From Minisyncoccota bacterium (GTDB lineage: Bacteria; Patescibacteriota; Minisyncoccia; Phycocordibacterales; JACOZG01), in NCBI GenBank assembly GCA_036517595.1, contig DATDVJ010000032.1, positions 1 through 50,091 on the forward strand: a DNA stretch of 50,091 bases. The letters are read 5' to 3'. The notes below the pieces were generated by a model. The model saw nothing but the letters and a program-made list of their open reading frames with translations, was not told the origin of the DNA and ran no database searches. This document shows positions 38,931-47,338 of the stretch, piece by piece. The translations under genes were made by a program, and so were the position numbers. Position 1 is the first letter of the stretch; every line of letters begins with the position of its first letter.

Positions 38931-40106
38931 TTACAATATTTTCAAAAACTTGATCTTCCCTTTTTGTAACACTGACCCAGATTTAATTTGATAATGATTC
39001 TCCGTGATCACCTCGCCATTCACCTTCACTCCCCCCTGCTCAATAATCCTTCCCGCTTCTGATCGTGACGAAGCAAGTCCAGTTTCAATCAAGATCGAAA
39101 CAAGATCATATTTAGTCGGCTTGAACTTTGATAAATTATCCGGAATCTCTTTGTTCGAGAAAGTGTTGATAAAATATTCTGCCGCCTGCTTGGCCGCCAC
39201 TTCAGAATGATAAAGACGCACAATTTCCGACGCGAGCTTCATTTTCAAATCCCGGGGATTCACGCCTGCCTTGAGCGAAGCCTCATACTCTTCGATCATC
39301 ACCATCGGCACGCGAGTGAGTAAAATAAAGTATTTGATAATCACCTCGTCGCGGAGCGACATCACCTTACCAAACATGTCATCAGGGGTATCAAGCAGAT
39401 TGATGGTATTACCAAAGCTCGAACTCATCTTGCGTCCGTCTAATCCATCGATCAGCGGGCCCGTGATAATGTCTTGCGGCGGTTGATTATAGAATCTTTG
39501 TATATCACGACCAGCGAGCAAGTTAAAGCGCTGATCGGTTCCACCAATTTCAACATCGGCCTTCACTGCAACCGAATCATACCCCTGCATCAGTGGGTAG
39601 AGAAGTTCGCGAAGCGAAATTCTTTTACCGGCCTCGAGCCGTCGTTTGATATTCTCGCGCGAAATAAATTCGTTAAGGGAGAAAGTAGCGGCTTGACGAC
39701 CAATCTCCAGATAATCCAATTTCGCTAGCCACTCGCTGTTGTAGTGGATCTCGGTCCGATTAATGTCCACGAGTTTCGAAACCTGCGCAATATAAGTTTC
39801 CAAATTCTGTTTAACCATCTCCCCCGAGAGCATTGGCCGCTCACTATCTTTATCCGAAGTATCGCCGATGAGACCGGTAAAATCACCGATGATAAAAATG
39901 ATTTGATGCTCGAGTTCTTGGAAGTCGCGGAGTTTGAGGAGCGGGATTGACCGACCCAAATGTAAGTTCGGACTGGTTGGATCAATTCCTAACTTAACGC
40001 GAAGCGGCTGACCACTTTTCAACTTGGCCTCGAGATTAACGCGATCCACTATCTCCTCAACTCCCCTCGTCAACAATTCATCTATTTTATCCTTTTCCGT
40101 TACCAT
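38931..40106 (-). CDS. tyrS: Tyrosine--tRNA ligase
   Basis: GIDPTSPNLHLGRSIPL (HIGH), KMSSS, and a C-terminal S4 domain (RSEAGRIIEQGGVKVNG). Confidence 0.95.
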   Translation of the reverse strand: MVTEKDKIDELLTRGVEEIVDRVNLEAKLKSGQPLRVKLGIDPTSPNLHLGRSIPLLKLRDFQELEHQIIFIIGDFTGLIGDTSDKDSERPMLSGEMVKQNLETYIAQVSKLVDINRTEIHYNSEWLAKLDYLEIGRQAATFSLNEFISRENIKRRLEAGKRISLRELLYPLMQGYDSVAVKADVEIGGTDQRFNLLAGRDIQRFYNQPPQDIITGPLIDGLDGRKMSSSFGNTINLLDTPDDMFGKVMSLRDEVIIKYFILLTRVPMVMIEEYEASLKAGVNPRDLKMKLASEIVRLYHSEVAAKQAAEYFINTFSNKEIPDNLSKFKPTKYDLVSILIETGLASSRSEAGRIIEQGGVKVNGEVITENHYQIKSGSVLQKGKIKFLKIL

Positions 40107-40230
40107 TATAATTCACAGTATAACACACCTTGCGATGAAATATCCCCTGTGGTAAAAATAAGGCTGGATGGTTTGACCAGTCTGTGTTGATTGGTGTCGA
40201 AATTTCATAGTTCTTTTGGGAGATTCGGCC

Positions 40231-40563
40231 ATGCTGAAGCAGAAGTTTGATTGGGCTGATGCTGTTATTAATGTGATTGTAGTCTGCATTTTGTGGTCTA
40301 TCGCCGGGTATGGATCAGGAGCCACAAATGATCCCAGCGATGTCTACAAGATTTGTCGACGATTACCATACGCTGATGACTACACCATTGATCTTCTAAT
40401 TCGAACGACACGGGAAGCTAAAGATCTAGGAGCTAGTGATATGGTAATTTTATCCACCATGGCTAATTCTTGTGATAACTCCTGTGTTGAGCCAATCTGC
40501 AGTCCCCCGATTTGCGATGAATGCATGCTCGCCATCGTCGATCTCGTTTATTGGGAGTGGTAA
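40231..40563 (+). CDS. Hypothetical small Cys-rich protein with one N-terminal TM helix
   Basis: SD GGGAGA sits 7 nt before the ATG at 40231, and the gene has its own terminator downstream. Seven Cys residues, including CDNSCVEPICSPPICDEC. Confidence 0.5.
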   Translation: MLKQKFDWADAVINVIVVCILWSIAGYGSGATNDPSDVYKICRRLPYADDYTIDLLIRTTREAKDLGASDMVILSTMANSCDNSCVEPICSPPICDECMLAIVDLVYWEW

Positions 40564-40582
40564 ATTTTCGTTCATCACTCGA

Positions 40583-40627
40583 AACCCTCGCCATTCGTCA
40601 AAACGAATTTAGCGGGGGTTATTTTTT
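40583..40627 (+). terminator. Rho-independent terminator of the Cys-rich ORF
   Basis: AACCCTCGC...GCGGGGGTT (one G-U pair) encloses a small inner hairpin and is followed by ATTTTTT. Confidence 0.5.
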
Positions 40628-40883
40628 GCTTCCAGTTCCACCACGAACCGACTTCCCTTCCCCTTACCATCCGATTCTGCCCATATCCTCCCATTGTGCG
40701 CCTCAACGATTTGCTTGGCCACATAGAGGCCGAGACCAGTGCCAGTGATATTGACCTTGCCGGCATCATCGGCACGAGTAAATTTCTGAAAGAGTTTCGG
40801 GATCACTTCGGCTGGAATACCCACACCAGTATCAGCTACTTCCAATCTGATTTTATTCTCTATTTTACTTAATCTAACCTTGA
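40609..40883 (-). pseudogene. 3' remnant of a sensor histidine kinase (HATPase_c end only)
   Basis: It encodes ...KVRLSKIENKIRLEVADTGVGIPAEVIPKLFQKFTRADDAGKVNITGTGLGLYVAKQIVEAHNGRIWAESDGKGKGSRFVVEL. That is nearly identical to the C-terminus of the 44819..46450 kinase. It has no start codon and no HisKA domain. Confidence 0.85.
40655..40883. repeat. Copy A of a 229-bp direct repeat (kinase 3' end)
   Basis: Hand alignment to 44844..45072 gives 13 mismatches in 229 nt with no indels. Confidence 0.9.
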
Positions 40884-40920
40884 ATCTTTGAATTACGAAA
40901 CTCCGCCAGTGGATAATTTT

Positions 40921-41214
40921 TCACCCCACACAAAATCGCACAGCTTTCTGTGATTTATCAAAAATCAAGTTTTTCTTTAAACAATTTCTCCAGCCCAGCA
41001 CAAAGGCTAGAATGGAGTAGATGTAATTGGCGAAGTAGCCGTCAATTGATCGGGGGAAAGAAGTTACCAAGTTGTAGAGCATTTTAAGATTGCGGAAATT
41101 GAGCTCAATCAACATTCTGGTGTCGTAGAGTTTAGCTTGAATTTCCGTCATCAGTTTTTTCATGTTCTTTCTGGGTTTGGCAAATCCCAGAATGTCCCCA
41201 AGAAGCCAGTCCAT
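40921..41214 (-). pseudogene. C-terminal remnant of a DDE transposase (IS982/IS5-like)
   Basis: LYDTRMLIELNFRNLKMLYNL...RS resembles the Y-x2-R-x3-E-x6-K C-terminal DDE signature. The N-terminal two-thirds of a transposase is missing. Confidence 0.45.
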
Positions 41215-41292
41215 TCAAAGATCTTCAGTATTTTTCCCCGCCATATCGGAGTATTACAGATGAAGGTGGAGTTAAAAACAATTTTAACCGGG

Positions 41293-41751
41293 CTAATTAT
41301 CACCCCATATTTTCTTAGCCAATTCGGCCAATTTAACATCGTCAGCTCGTTTGTGATCATGGGAAGAGATGTAACCCTCGTATTCTTGAAAATATTTATT
41401 GACATTTGATTTTCTTGGTTTCCAAACTGGATCATTGGTGCCATGCATGGGGAAAAGCTTGGCATGAACATGATCAACACCGAATCCTTCTAAGATCATC
41501 CCCGTTCGACCAATGTCAGACAATTTAGCATCGAGAAGCTTCGCCACTTTCTTAGTGGCTAAGATCAAGTTGGTGAGGACATCTTCAGGTAAATCAAAAG
41601 CGTAACTAGGGTAATGTTTTTTTGTAATCACAACCGAGAATCCTTCCGTGTTAGGGAAAATGGACAGAAAAGCTAGGTGCTTTTCGTCCTCCCAAACTTT
41701 ATGACATGGTGCGTCACCTTTAACTATTTTGCAAAAAATACAGTCAGACAT
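41293..41751 (-). CDS. HIT-family (histidine triad) nucleotide hydrolase/transferase
   Basis: CIFCKIVKGD... and the histidine triad VDHVHAKLFP. Confidence 0.9.
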   Translation of the reverse strand: MSDCIFCKIVKGDAPCHKVWEDEKHLAFLSIFPNTEGFSVVITKKHYPSYAFDLPEDVLTNLILATKKVAKLLDAKLSDIGRTGMILEGFGVDHVHAKLFPMHGTNDPVWKPRKSNVNKYFQEYEGYISSHDHKRADDVKLAELAKKIWGDN

Positions 41752-41789
41752 AGTGATGATATTAAAGCAAGGCGGAGCACAAATTGCAA

Positions 41790-41826
41790 GAAAAAAACAG
41801 CAAGGAGATTATTCTTGCTGTTTTTT
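41790..41826. terminator. Bidirectional Rho-independent terminator
   Basis: A7-ACAGCAAG-loop-CTTGCTGT-T6 lies between the AspRS-2 stop and the HIT start. Confidence 0.7.
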
Positions 41827-41835
41827 GCCTGATCC

Positions 41836-43143
41836 TTACGGAGTCAAGCGATTTGGTCCACGATATAGATAAGTTACTTCACGAACATTCTTGTGATCCA
41901 AGAGAACCATGAGAAGCCGCGTAAGCCCAGCGCCAAAACCTCCATGAGGGGGGCAGCCGTAACGAAAAAAGTCGATGTAGTGCTTGATTGAATCAAGTTC
42001 TATCCCTTTTTCTACGGCCTGTTTTTTTAAGACATCAATCCGATGTTCACGCTGTGCTCCGGTCGTGATCTCTAGCCCCCGCCAAAGGAGATCGAAGCTT
42101 TTAGTCAGGGTCGGATCGTTTTCATGACGCATGTGATAGAACGGTCGAACATCGATGGGATAGTCAGTGACGAAAACAAATTCGTGACTGAACTTCTTCG
42201 CGATATAATCTGCAATGCCACGTTCTCCTGGTGGGTCCAAGTCAGATTTGTGTTCGATAACATGGCCACAATCAGCAAGAATTTGACGGGCCTCCGATAG
42301 CTGGATTCGAGGAAAGGGGAGCGATGGCACTATCACATCGACACCGAAACACTCCTTAATCTCCTCTCCGTGAGTTTGCGAGACTTGACCGATTGCATGC
42401 TGAAGCCATGCTTCTTCAAACTCCATCACTTCGTCGTGTGATTCAATCCAAGACATCTCGGCATCAATAGAGGTGAACTCCGTATCGTGACGAGAGGTGA
42501 AAGACGGGTTAGCTCTGAAGACTGGACCAATCTCGAATACTCGATCAAATCCCGCTGCCATTGCCATCTGTTTGTAAAATTGAGGCGATTGGGCCAGCGA
42601 TGCTTTTTGACCGAAATATTCAAGCTGAAAAAGCTCAGACCCAGATTCACTTGCTGCTCCCATCAATTTCGGAGAATGAATCTGAATAAAGCCTTGTTGC
42701 TCCCAAAATTCCCTCATTGCCCGCTCCAGTGTTGTTTGAACACGAAAAATGAGGTTGTTTTCAGGCCGGCGAAGACTTAACGCCCGCCAATCCTGCTGAA
42801 GATCCGAGGATGATTCATCTGTAATAGGAAGCGGTGTTTCAGCCCGATCGACAATGATCAGTGAGTCAATAACGATCTCCATTCCACCAAGTTTGATCGT
42901 CGGATTGACAACAACTTGGCCAGAGATGGCAAGAGCAGATTCTGGGGTAAGAGATGATATCCCCAACTGAAGGTTATCTCCTTCTCCGCCTTTCTCGTGA
43001 CAAAGTTGAACCAGACCAGTATGATCCCTCAAAACCACAAACTGCATGCGCTTTTGGTCGCGGACAAACTGCACAAAACCAGCGACTTGGACTTTTTGAC
43101 CAGAAGGAACCACTGACAAATTTTTGACCAATACTCTTTCCAT
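41836..43143 (-). CDS. Second aspartate--tRNA ligase, archaeal/eukaryal type (435 aa)
   Basis: OB fold, QSPQFYKQMAM, motif 2 FEIGPVFRANPSFTSRHDTEFTSIDAEMSW, motif 3 GCPPHGGFGAGLTRLLM. The SD AGGAG precedes the ATG. Confidence 0.8.
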   Translation of the reverse strand: MERVLVKNLSVVPSGQKVQVAGFVQFVRDQKRMQFVVLRDHTGLVQLCHEKGGEGDNLQLGISSLTPESALAISGQVVVNPTIKLGGMEIVIDSLIIVDRAETPLPITDESSSDLQQDWRALSLRRPENNLIFRVQTTLERAMREFWEQQGFIQIHSPKLMGAASESGSELFQLEYFGQKASLAQSPQFYKQMAMAAGFDRVFEIGPVFRANPSFTSRHDTEFTSIDAEMSWIESHDEVMEFEEAWLQHAIGQVSQTHGEEIKECFGVDVIVPSLPFPRIQLSEARQILADCGHVIEHKSDLDPPGERGIADYIAKKFSHEFVFVTDYPIDVRPFYHMRHENDPTLTKSFDLLWRGLEITTGAQREHRIDVLKKQAVEKGIELDSIKHYIDFFRYGCPPHGGFGAGLTRLLMVLLDHKNVREVTYLYRGPNRLTP

Positions 43144-43171
43144 GATTTTAGTCTCCTCTCACTTTAAGTTT

Positions 43172-44488
43172 CTATGGAGCAACTCTCCGCCTAAATGTTC
43201 GCGGAAAAGGAACTGCGTCCCTTACATGCGGAATGTTGATGAGCCAGCGAATCAATCTTTCGACACCCATACCAAAAGCTGAATGTGGAACACAGCCAAC
43301 TTGATGGATGTCTCGAATGAATTCATATCTTGGATCACCGTCTTTCCCTTTTTCCCTCATTCTCTCGTCAAGCATTTGAAGGTCGAAGATCTTTTCGGCA
43401 GTACCAAGAATCTCACCATAACCATTGCTGGCAATCAGATCAGCAACACGAGTGATTCTCGTGTCATCTGGGTCAATTACATAAGGAAAAGGCTCGATTG
43501 ACCGCGGTATTCCAGTAACCCAAAAAGGTCTCTGAAACAACTTAGACAATTCGGCTTCTTCCTCCGACCCTAGCCCTTTACCAAACTCAATAATTACTCC
43601 ATTTCCATTGAGAAGTTTGATTGCCTCACAGTAACTAACGCGGGGGAATGGAGTAACTATTCCATCTACGCACAAAGATGTTCCGAGTGTAGAAAGCATC
43701 TTCTCGGTATCCTTTTGGCACTTGCGACTTACATAGCTAACGATACTCTCAACAATCTCAATAATGTCATCGAGATCCGCCCAAGCCACTTCGGCCTTGA
43801 TGTGCCAATATTCCATCAGATGGCGTTTGCTTTTTGATTCTTCACCCCGAAAACTTGGGCCAATGTTATAAACCCTCTCGAATGCGTGAACTGCGGCTTC
43901 AAGATAGTAACCGACACACTGAGTTAGAAAGACATTCTCACCGTGGACATTGACAGACATGGCACTTCCATCGTCGTAGAGTGGCACTGGTGTTAAGATC
44001 GGAGCTTCAATTGCTGTAAACTGGTGATCATAGAACCATTGCCTGATATGATGCATGAGACAATCACGGAACTGAAGAATTGCCATTACTTTTGGGTTTC
44101 TCAGATAGACATGCCGATTCTTGAGAAAATGTGGGGTCAAGGTCTCATCGAAAATATCGACATTCCCCCTCGGATAGGGGTAAAAAGACTTTGTCACCTT
44201 TCCTATAATTTCCACATCAGCTGCAAGGATTTCTGGCTGCCCTCGGTCAGAACACGATCGTCTCCCCCTAACAACAACTCCTGATTCTACTAACAATCTC
44301 TTCACTAACTTAAACTTCTCCGCCGACAAGAGGTCTTCGGTAATCACCACTTGAATTTTACCGGTACTGTCACAAACATCCCAAAAGATAATCTTTCCTT
44401 GCTTCCTTTTCGCACACACCCAACCAGACAAAACAACATCGACCCCACATCCAATTTGGAGGAGGTCTTTAACGAACTTTTTCTTCAT
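43172..44488 (-). CDS. asnS: Asparagine--tRNA ligase
   Basis: OB fold, motif 2 YNIGPSFRGEESKSKRHLMEYWHIKAEVAW, motif 3 GCVPHSAFGMGVERLIRWL. Start set to the ATG at 44488, preceded by GGAAGGAGAATCGG. Confidence 0.8.
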   Translation of the reverse strand: MKKKFVKDLLQIGCGVDVVLSGWVCAKRKQGKIIFWDVCDSTGKIQVVITEDLLSAEKFKLVKRLLVESGVVVRGRRSCSDRGQPEILAADVEIIGKVTKSFYPYPRGNVDIFDETLTPHFLKNRHVYLRNPKVMAILQFRDCLMHHIRQWFYDHQFTAIEAPILTPVPLYDDGSAMSVNVHGENVFLTQCVGYYLEAAVHAFERVYNIGPSFRGEESKSKRHLMEYWHIKAEVAWADLDDIIEIVESIVSYVSRKCQKDTEKMLSTLGTSLCVDGIVTPFPRVSYCEAIKLLNGNGVIIEFGKGLGSEEEAELSKLFQRPFWVTGIPRSIEPFPYVIDPDDTRITRVADLIASNGYGEILGTAEKIFDLQMLDERMREKGKDGDPRYEFIRDIHQVGCVPHSAFGMGVERLIRWLINIPHVRDAVPFPRTFRRRVAP

Positions 44489-44818
44489 CCGATTCTCCTT
44501 CCAAAAAGTAAAGTGGTTCTGGAAACATAGGCTTACTAACTTATATACCATTTTCAAGGTACAAGTCTATCCTCTTGCTAGCAATAAAATAATTATATGT
44601 CAATAATACTTTGCTTTTCACAACATTTATTTTATTTTAGCAATTTAACAATTAACACAACTCCATCACAGGTGGCGTGAAGGTTGTGGAAGAATTACGA
44701 ATTAAGCAAACGGTTATAGAGAAAAGCCATTAGATTGATACGGTTATCAATAAATATTTTCCGAGATAAAGATTACCAGATTAGTTTTGTTGGCAAAGAT
44801 AATGACCTGAAAAATTTA

Positions 44819-46450
44819 TTATAACTCCACAACAAACCTTGACCCCTTCCCCTTACCATCCGATTCTGCCCATATCCTCCCATTGTGCGCCTCAACGATT
44901 TGCTTGGCCACATAGAGACCGAGGCCGGTGCCGGAAATGTTGACCTTGCCGGCATCATCGGCACGAGTAAACTTTTGAAAAAGTTTGGGAATCACTTCGG
45001 CTGGAATACCCACACCAGTATCAGCTACTTCCAATCTGATTTTATTCTCTATTTTACTTAATCTAACTTTGATCTCACCCTTTGGGGTATATTTGATGGC
45101 ATTATCAATTAAGTTGCCGACCACTTGCGAGAGTTTGCCCGAATCGCCCACCAACTTATAATCTCCCGCCGGATCGGCCTCGAACGAGAACTGCAATCCC
45201 TTCTTTTCAATATTGACTCTCAACTCCTTAGATACATTCTCGACCAGTTCTTTAAAATTAAGCTCGCTTTGATCATACTTCATCGTTCCTAATTCGATTC
45301 GCGTGATATTCAAGAAATCCTCAATCACCTTAACCAATTTCTCACTGGACTGAAAAATGATGTCCACCGCCCCGCGCGCTTTCTCCTCCACCGGACCGAA
45401 GGAGTTCTCCAGCACCATTGAGGCGTAACCCTTGATCGCCGTGAGCGGGCTACGCAGTTGATGCGTCGCCATAGACACGAATTCCGTCTTCAGCTTGTCC
45501 AATTCCTGCAATTTCTCATTGGCCACCCACAATTTATCATTGGACTTGTTCAACTCCTTCATCAGCCCCTCAACTCTCTCCCGCAAAGCGACTTCCTTCT
45601 GGACGCTACGGATGATGAAAATACCAACCACCACTAAAACTACAAACAAACCACCATTTAATACCCCGTCTTGCCAACGGTCAGAGAGCAAGGTTCGCAC
45701 CAAAACTAATATCCACAGTGCGAATACCAATAACTCAGTTGCAATAACTTTCACATTAAATAACCCGTGTTTGAGAATAGCGTAAGAAGTAAAGATGATG
45801 AAAGGTAGAGTAAAAATTGGAGCATAAGAAACGAAAAATGAATTATTGAAAACAACAGGAAGAATAAGATTGAAAAGAATGATAAGCATGTAAGTTATAG
45901 AAGTACCTATTAGTACATCTCGTAATTGGTCTCTCTCAACATATTTTGCTTTTCTAGTTTTACGAAACAATAAAATTATTCCACCTAAAACTAAACTTAG
46001 TATAACTGGGACGAACAAGAAAATTCCTGGTCCATATGCCAACTTGGATATTGTCCCGTCGAGATTAAACTCCAGTATCCGATTAAAAACCAGGGGAGTT
46101 AAACTTAAGACAGAAGTAAAAACTGTGATGGGAAAAATACAAAATTTGTAAAACCAAGAAAATTTTATATTTTCATTTGGAAATACATAGAATAACCTGA
46201 GGAGGACAAAAGAATACCAAACTGCCAAAAAAATAGTTATTTTTAAAAAATTAAAAGAAATTTCTCCCGGTAAACCATTGAGACTTAAATAATTAAAAAT
46301 ACTATATCCAATTGCTATTAAAACGAAGAGTAGAAAGGTTTTATTTGTTATACTTTTTCTGTTATTTAAAAACACAACAAAACCCAAGATCGTAATGGTT
46401 ATGACCGCGAGACCAACCCAAAGCAAATCAAGATTTTTCAAGATGTCCAT
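44819..46450 (-). CDS. Sensor histidine kinase with a large polytopic N-terminal sensor
   Basis: About 8 TM helices, a coiled linker, HisKA SMATHQLRSPLTAI, and HATPase_c (N box DNAIKYT, G boxes DTGVGI and GTGLGL). Start set to MDILKNL (46450). No response regulator is present in the window. Confidence 0.9.
   Translation of the reverse strand: MDILKNLDLLWVGLAVITITILGFVVFLNNRKSITNKTFLLFVLIAIGYSIFNYLSLNGLPGEISFNFLKITIFLAVWYSFVLLRLFYVFPNENIKFSWFYKFCIFPITVFTSVLSLTPLVFNRILEFNLDGTISKLAYGPGIFLFVPVILSLVLGGIILLFRKTRKAKYVERDQLRDVLIGTSITYMLIILFNLILPVVFNNSFFVSYAPIFTLPFIIFTSYAILKHGLFNVKVIATELLVFALWILVLVRTLLSDRWQDGVLNGGLFVVLVVVGIFIIRSVQKEVALRERVEGLMKELNKSNDKLWVANEKLQELDKLKTEFVSMATHQLRSPLTAIKGYASMVLENSFGPVEEKARGAVDIIFQSSEKLVKVIEDFLNITRIELGTMKYDQSELNFKELVENVSKELRVNIEKKGLQFSFEADPAGDYKLVGDSGKLSQVVGNLIDNAIKYTPKGEIKVRLSKIENKIRLEVADTGVGIPAEVIPKLFQKFTRADDAGKVNISGTGLGLYVAKQIVEAHNGRIWAESDGKGKGSRFVVEL
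44844..45072. repeat. Copy B of the 229-bp direct repeat (inside the intact kinase gene)
   Basis: See copy A. The offset between copies is 4189 bp. Confidence 0.9.
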
Positions 46451-46522
46451 TGGGGTATAGTATAACACATCATAATTTTCTCAATTTAACTATCGCTTCA
46501 TGCAGGATATTCCTAAATATAT

Positions 46523-47116
46523 TCATTGACTTTCATTGCCCTCTTTTATTTTTTCAAGAACTTCAGAGAAGGTTTTCCCGGCTGAATAAATATCCCAGAT
46601 AATTTTTCTCCACGTCTGTTCTTCTGGCACCAGATGTCCCTTATCATTACTCCACATTTGAAAACCTCGGTGATCATTAAGGATGACTGGTATTGCCTCT
46701 TTGATATTGCGCGGCAACTCTTCCGGTTGAAAATAATGGCAAAGTTCATGCATAATTACTCTGATTCTTTCGGCCGGATTATTACCAAACAAGGGAGCAG
46801 AGAACCACCTTTTTTGATTATCTGGCGAATAATTGTAAGGAAAAATGTCTAATCTAGTAAAAAAACAGGTGAGTGTCGGCTCGGCGATCTCAATTTCATA
46901 AAAAGACCCAAGTTTATCGTAAAAATTTCGCTCAACTTTTTTCCATTCGTTTTCTATATTTTTTATATGACTGGTAACAAAACGCTCGTTAATATCAACA
47001 AGAACTCCATTTATTTCGGCTTGAATCAACGACAAAACTTCCGGTGATTTATTTGGCCTAATATAGGCATCAAATATTTCGACTTCTTTGCTTCTATCGT
47101 AGGTAAATAGAATCAT
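46523..47116 (-). CDS. Hypothetical HExxH-motif protein (possible zinc metallopeptidase)
   Basis: VIMHELCHYF contains HExxH. TATAAT sits 6 nt upstream of the ATG with no SD. It is the last gene of the RiPP-like cluster. Confidence 0.5.
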   Translation of the reverse strand: MILFTYDRSKEVEIFDAYIRPNKSPEVLSLIQAEINGVLVDINERFVTSHIKNIENEWKKVERNFYDKLGSFYEIEIAEPTLTCFFTRLDIFPYNYSPDNQKRWFSAPLFGNNPAERIRVIMHELCHYFQPEELPRNIKEAIPVILNDHRGFQMWSNDKGHLVPEEQTWRKIIWDIYSAGKTFSEVLEKIKEGNESQ

Positions 47117-47130
47117 ATTTACATTATAGA

Positions 47131-47162
47131 TAAAAAGGAGGCCAGTTACAATTCTGGCCTCC
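47131..47162 (-). terminator. Strong Rho-independent terminator after the peptide ORF
   Basis: On the minus strand, GGAGGCCAG-AATTGTAA-CTGGCCTCC is followed by TTTTTAT. Confidence 0.8.
47140..47157. repeat. 18-nt hairpin repeat GGCCAGTTACAATTCTGG, copy 1 (core of the terminator)
   Basis: Exact 18-mer shared with 48679..48696. Confidence 0.85.
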
Positions 47163-47191
47163 CGTTGTCGACAGCGATCTTTCGTATTCTG

Positions 47192-47338
47192 TTATACATT
47201 TCCGGTATAGCAATCACACGAGTGATCACTCTCGGTGTCGCAGTCTGAGTCGCATTCACTCTGAGATGCTTCTACTTCAGACTGTTGCCCGACCTTAATT
47301 TCCTCAAGAGTTTCCTCAAGAAGAGTCAGGGTCATCAT
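47192..47338 (-). CDS. Untracked 48-aa candidate RiPP precursor peptide: MMTLTLLEETLEEIKVGQQSEVEASQSECDSDCDTESDHSCDCYTGNV
   Basis: Translated by hand. The ATG at 47338 is preceded by GGAGGTG 6 nt upstream. It overlaps the rSAM 3' end by 23 nt in another frame, has TAA at 47192-47194, and is followed by the terminator. The N-terminal half is leader-like and helical; the C-terminal half is Cys/Asp/Ser/Thr-rich. Confidence 0.6.
   Translation of the reverse strand: MMTLTLLEETLEEIKVGQQSEVEASQSECDSDCDTESDHSCDCYTGNV

Noticed and set aside
40113-40325. A 70-aa minus-strand ORF between tyrS and the Cys-rich gene
   Set aside because: It has no SD, overlaps the better-supported plus-strand ORF and its RBS, and has low-complexity composition. 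It is likely spurious.
44558-44818. The 261-bp AT-rich leader upstream of asnS could be a T-box or other riboswitch
   Set aside because: Reading the minus strand I find no T-box consensus (..GGGTGGTACCGCG..) and no convincing specifier or antiterminator architecture. I see only promoter-like AT-rich sequence.
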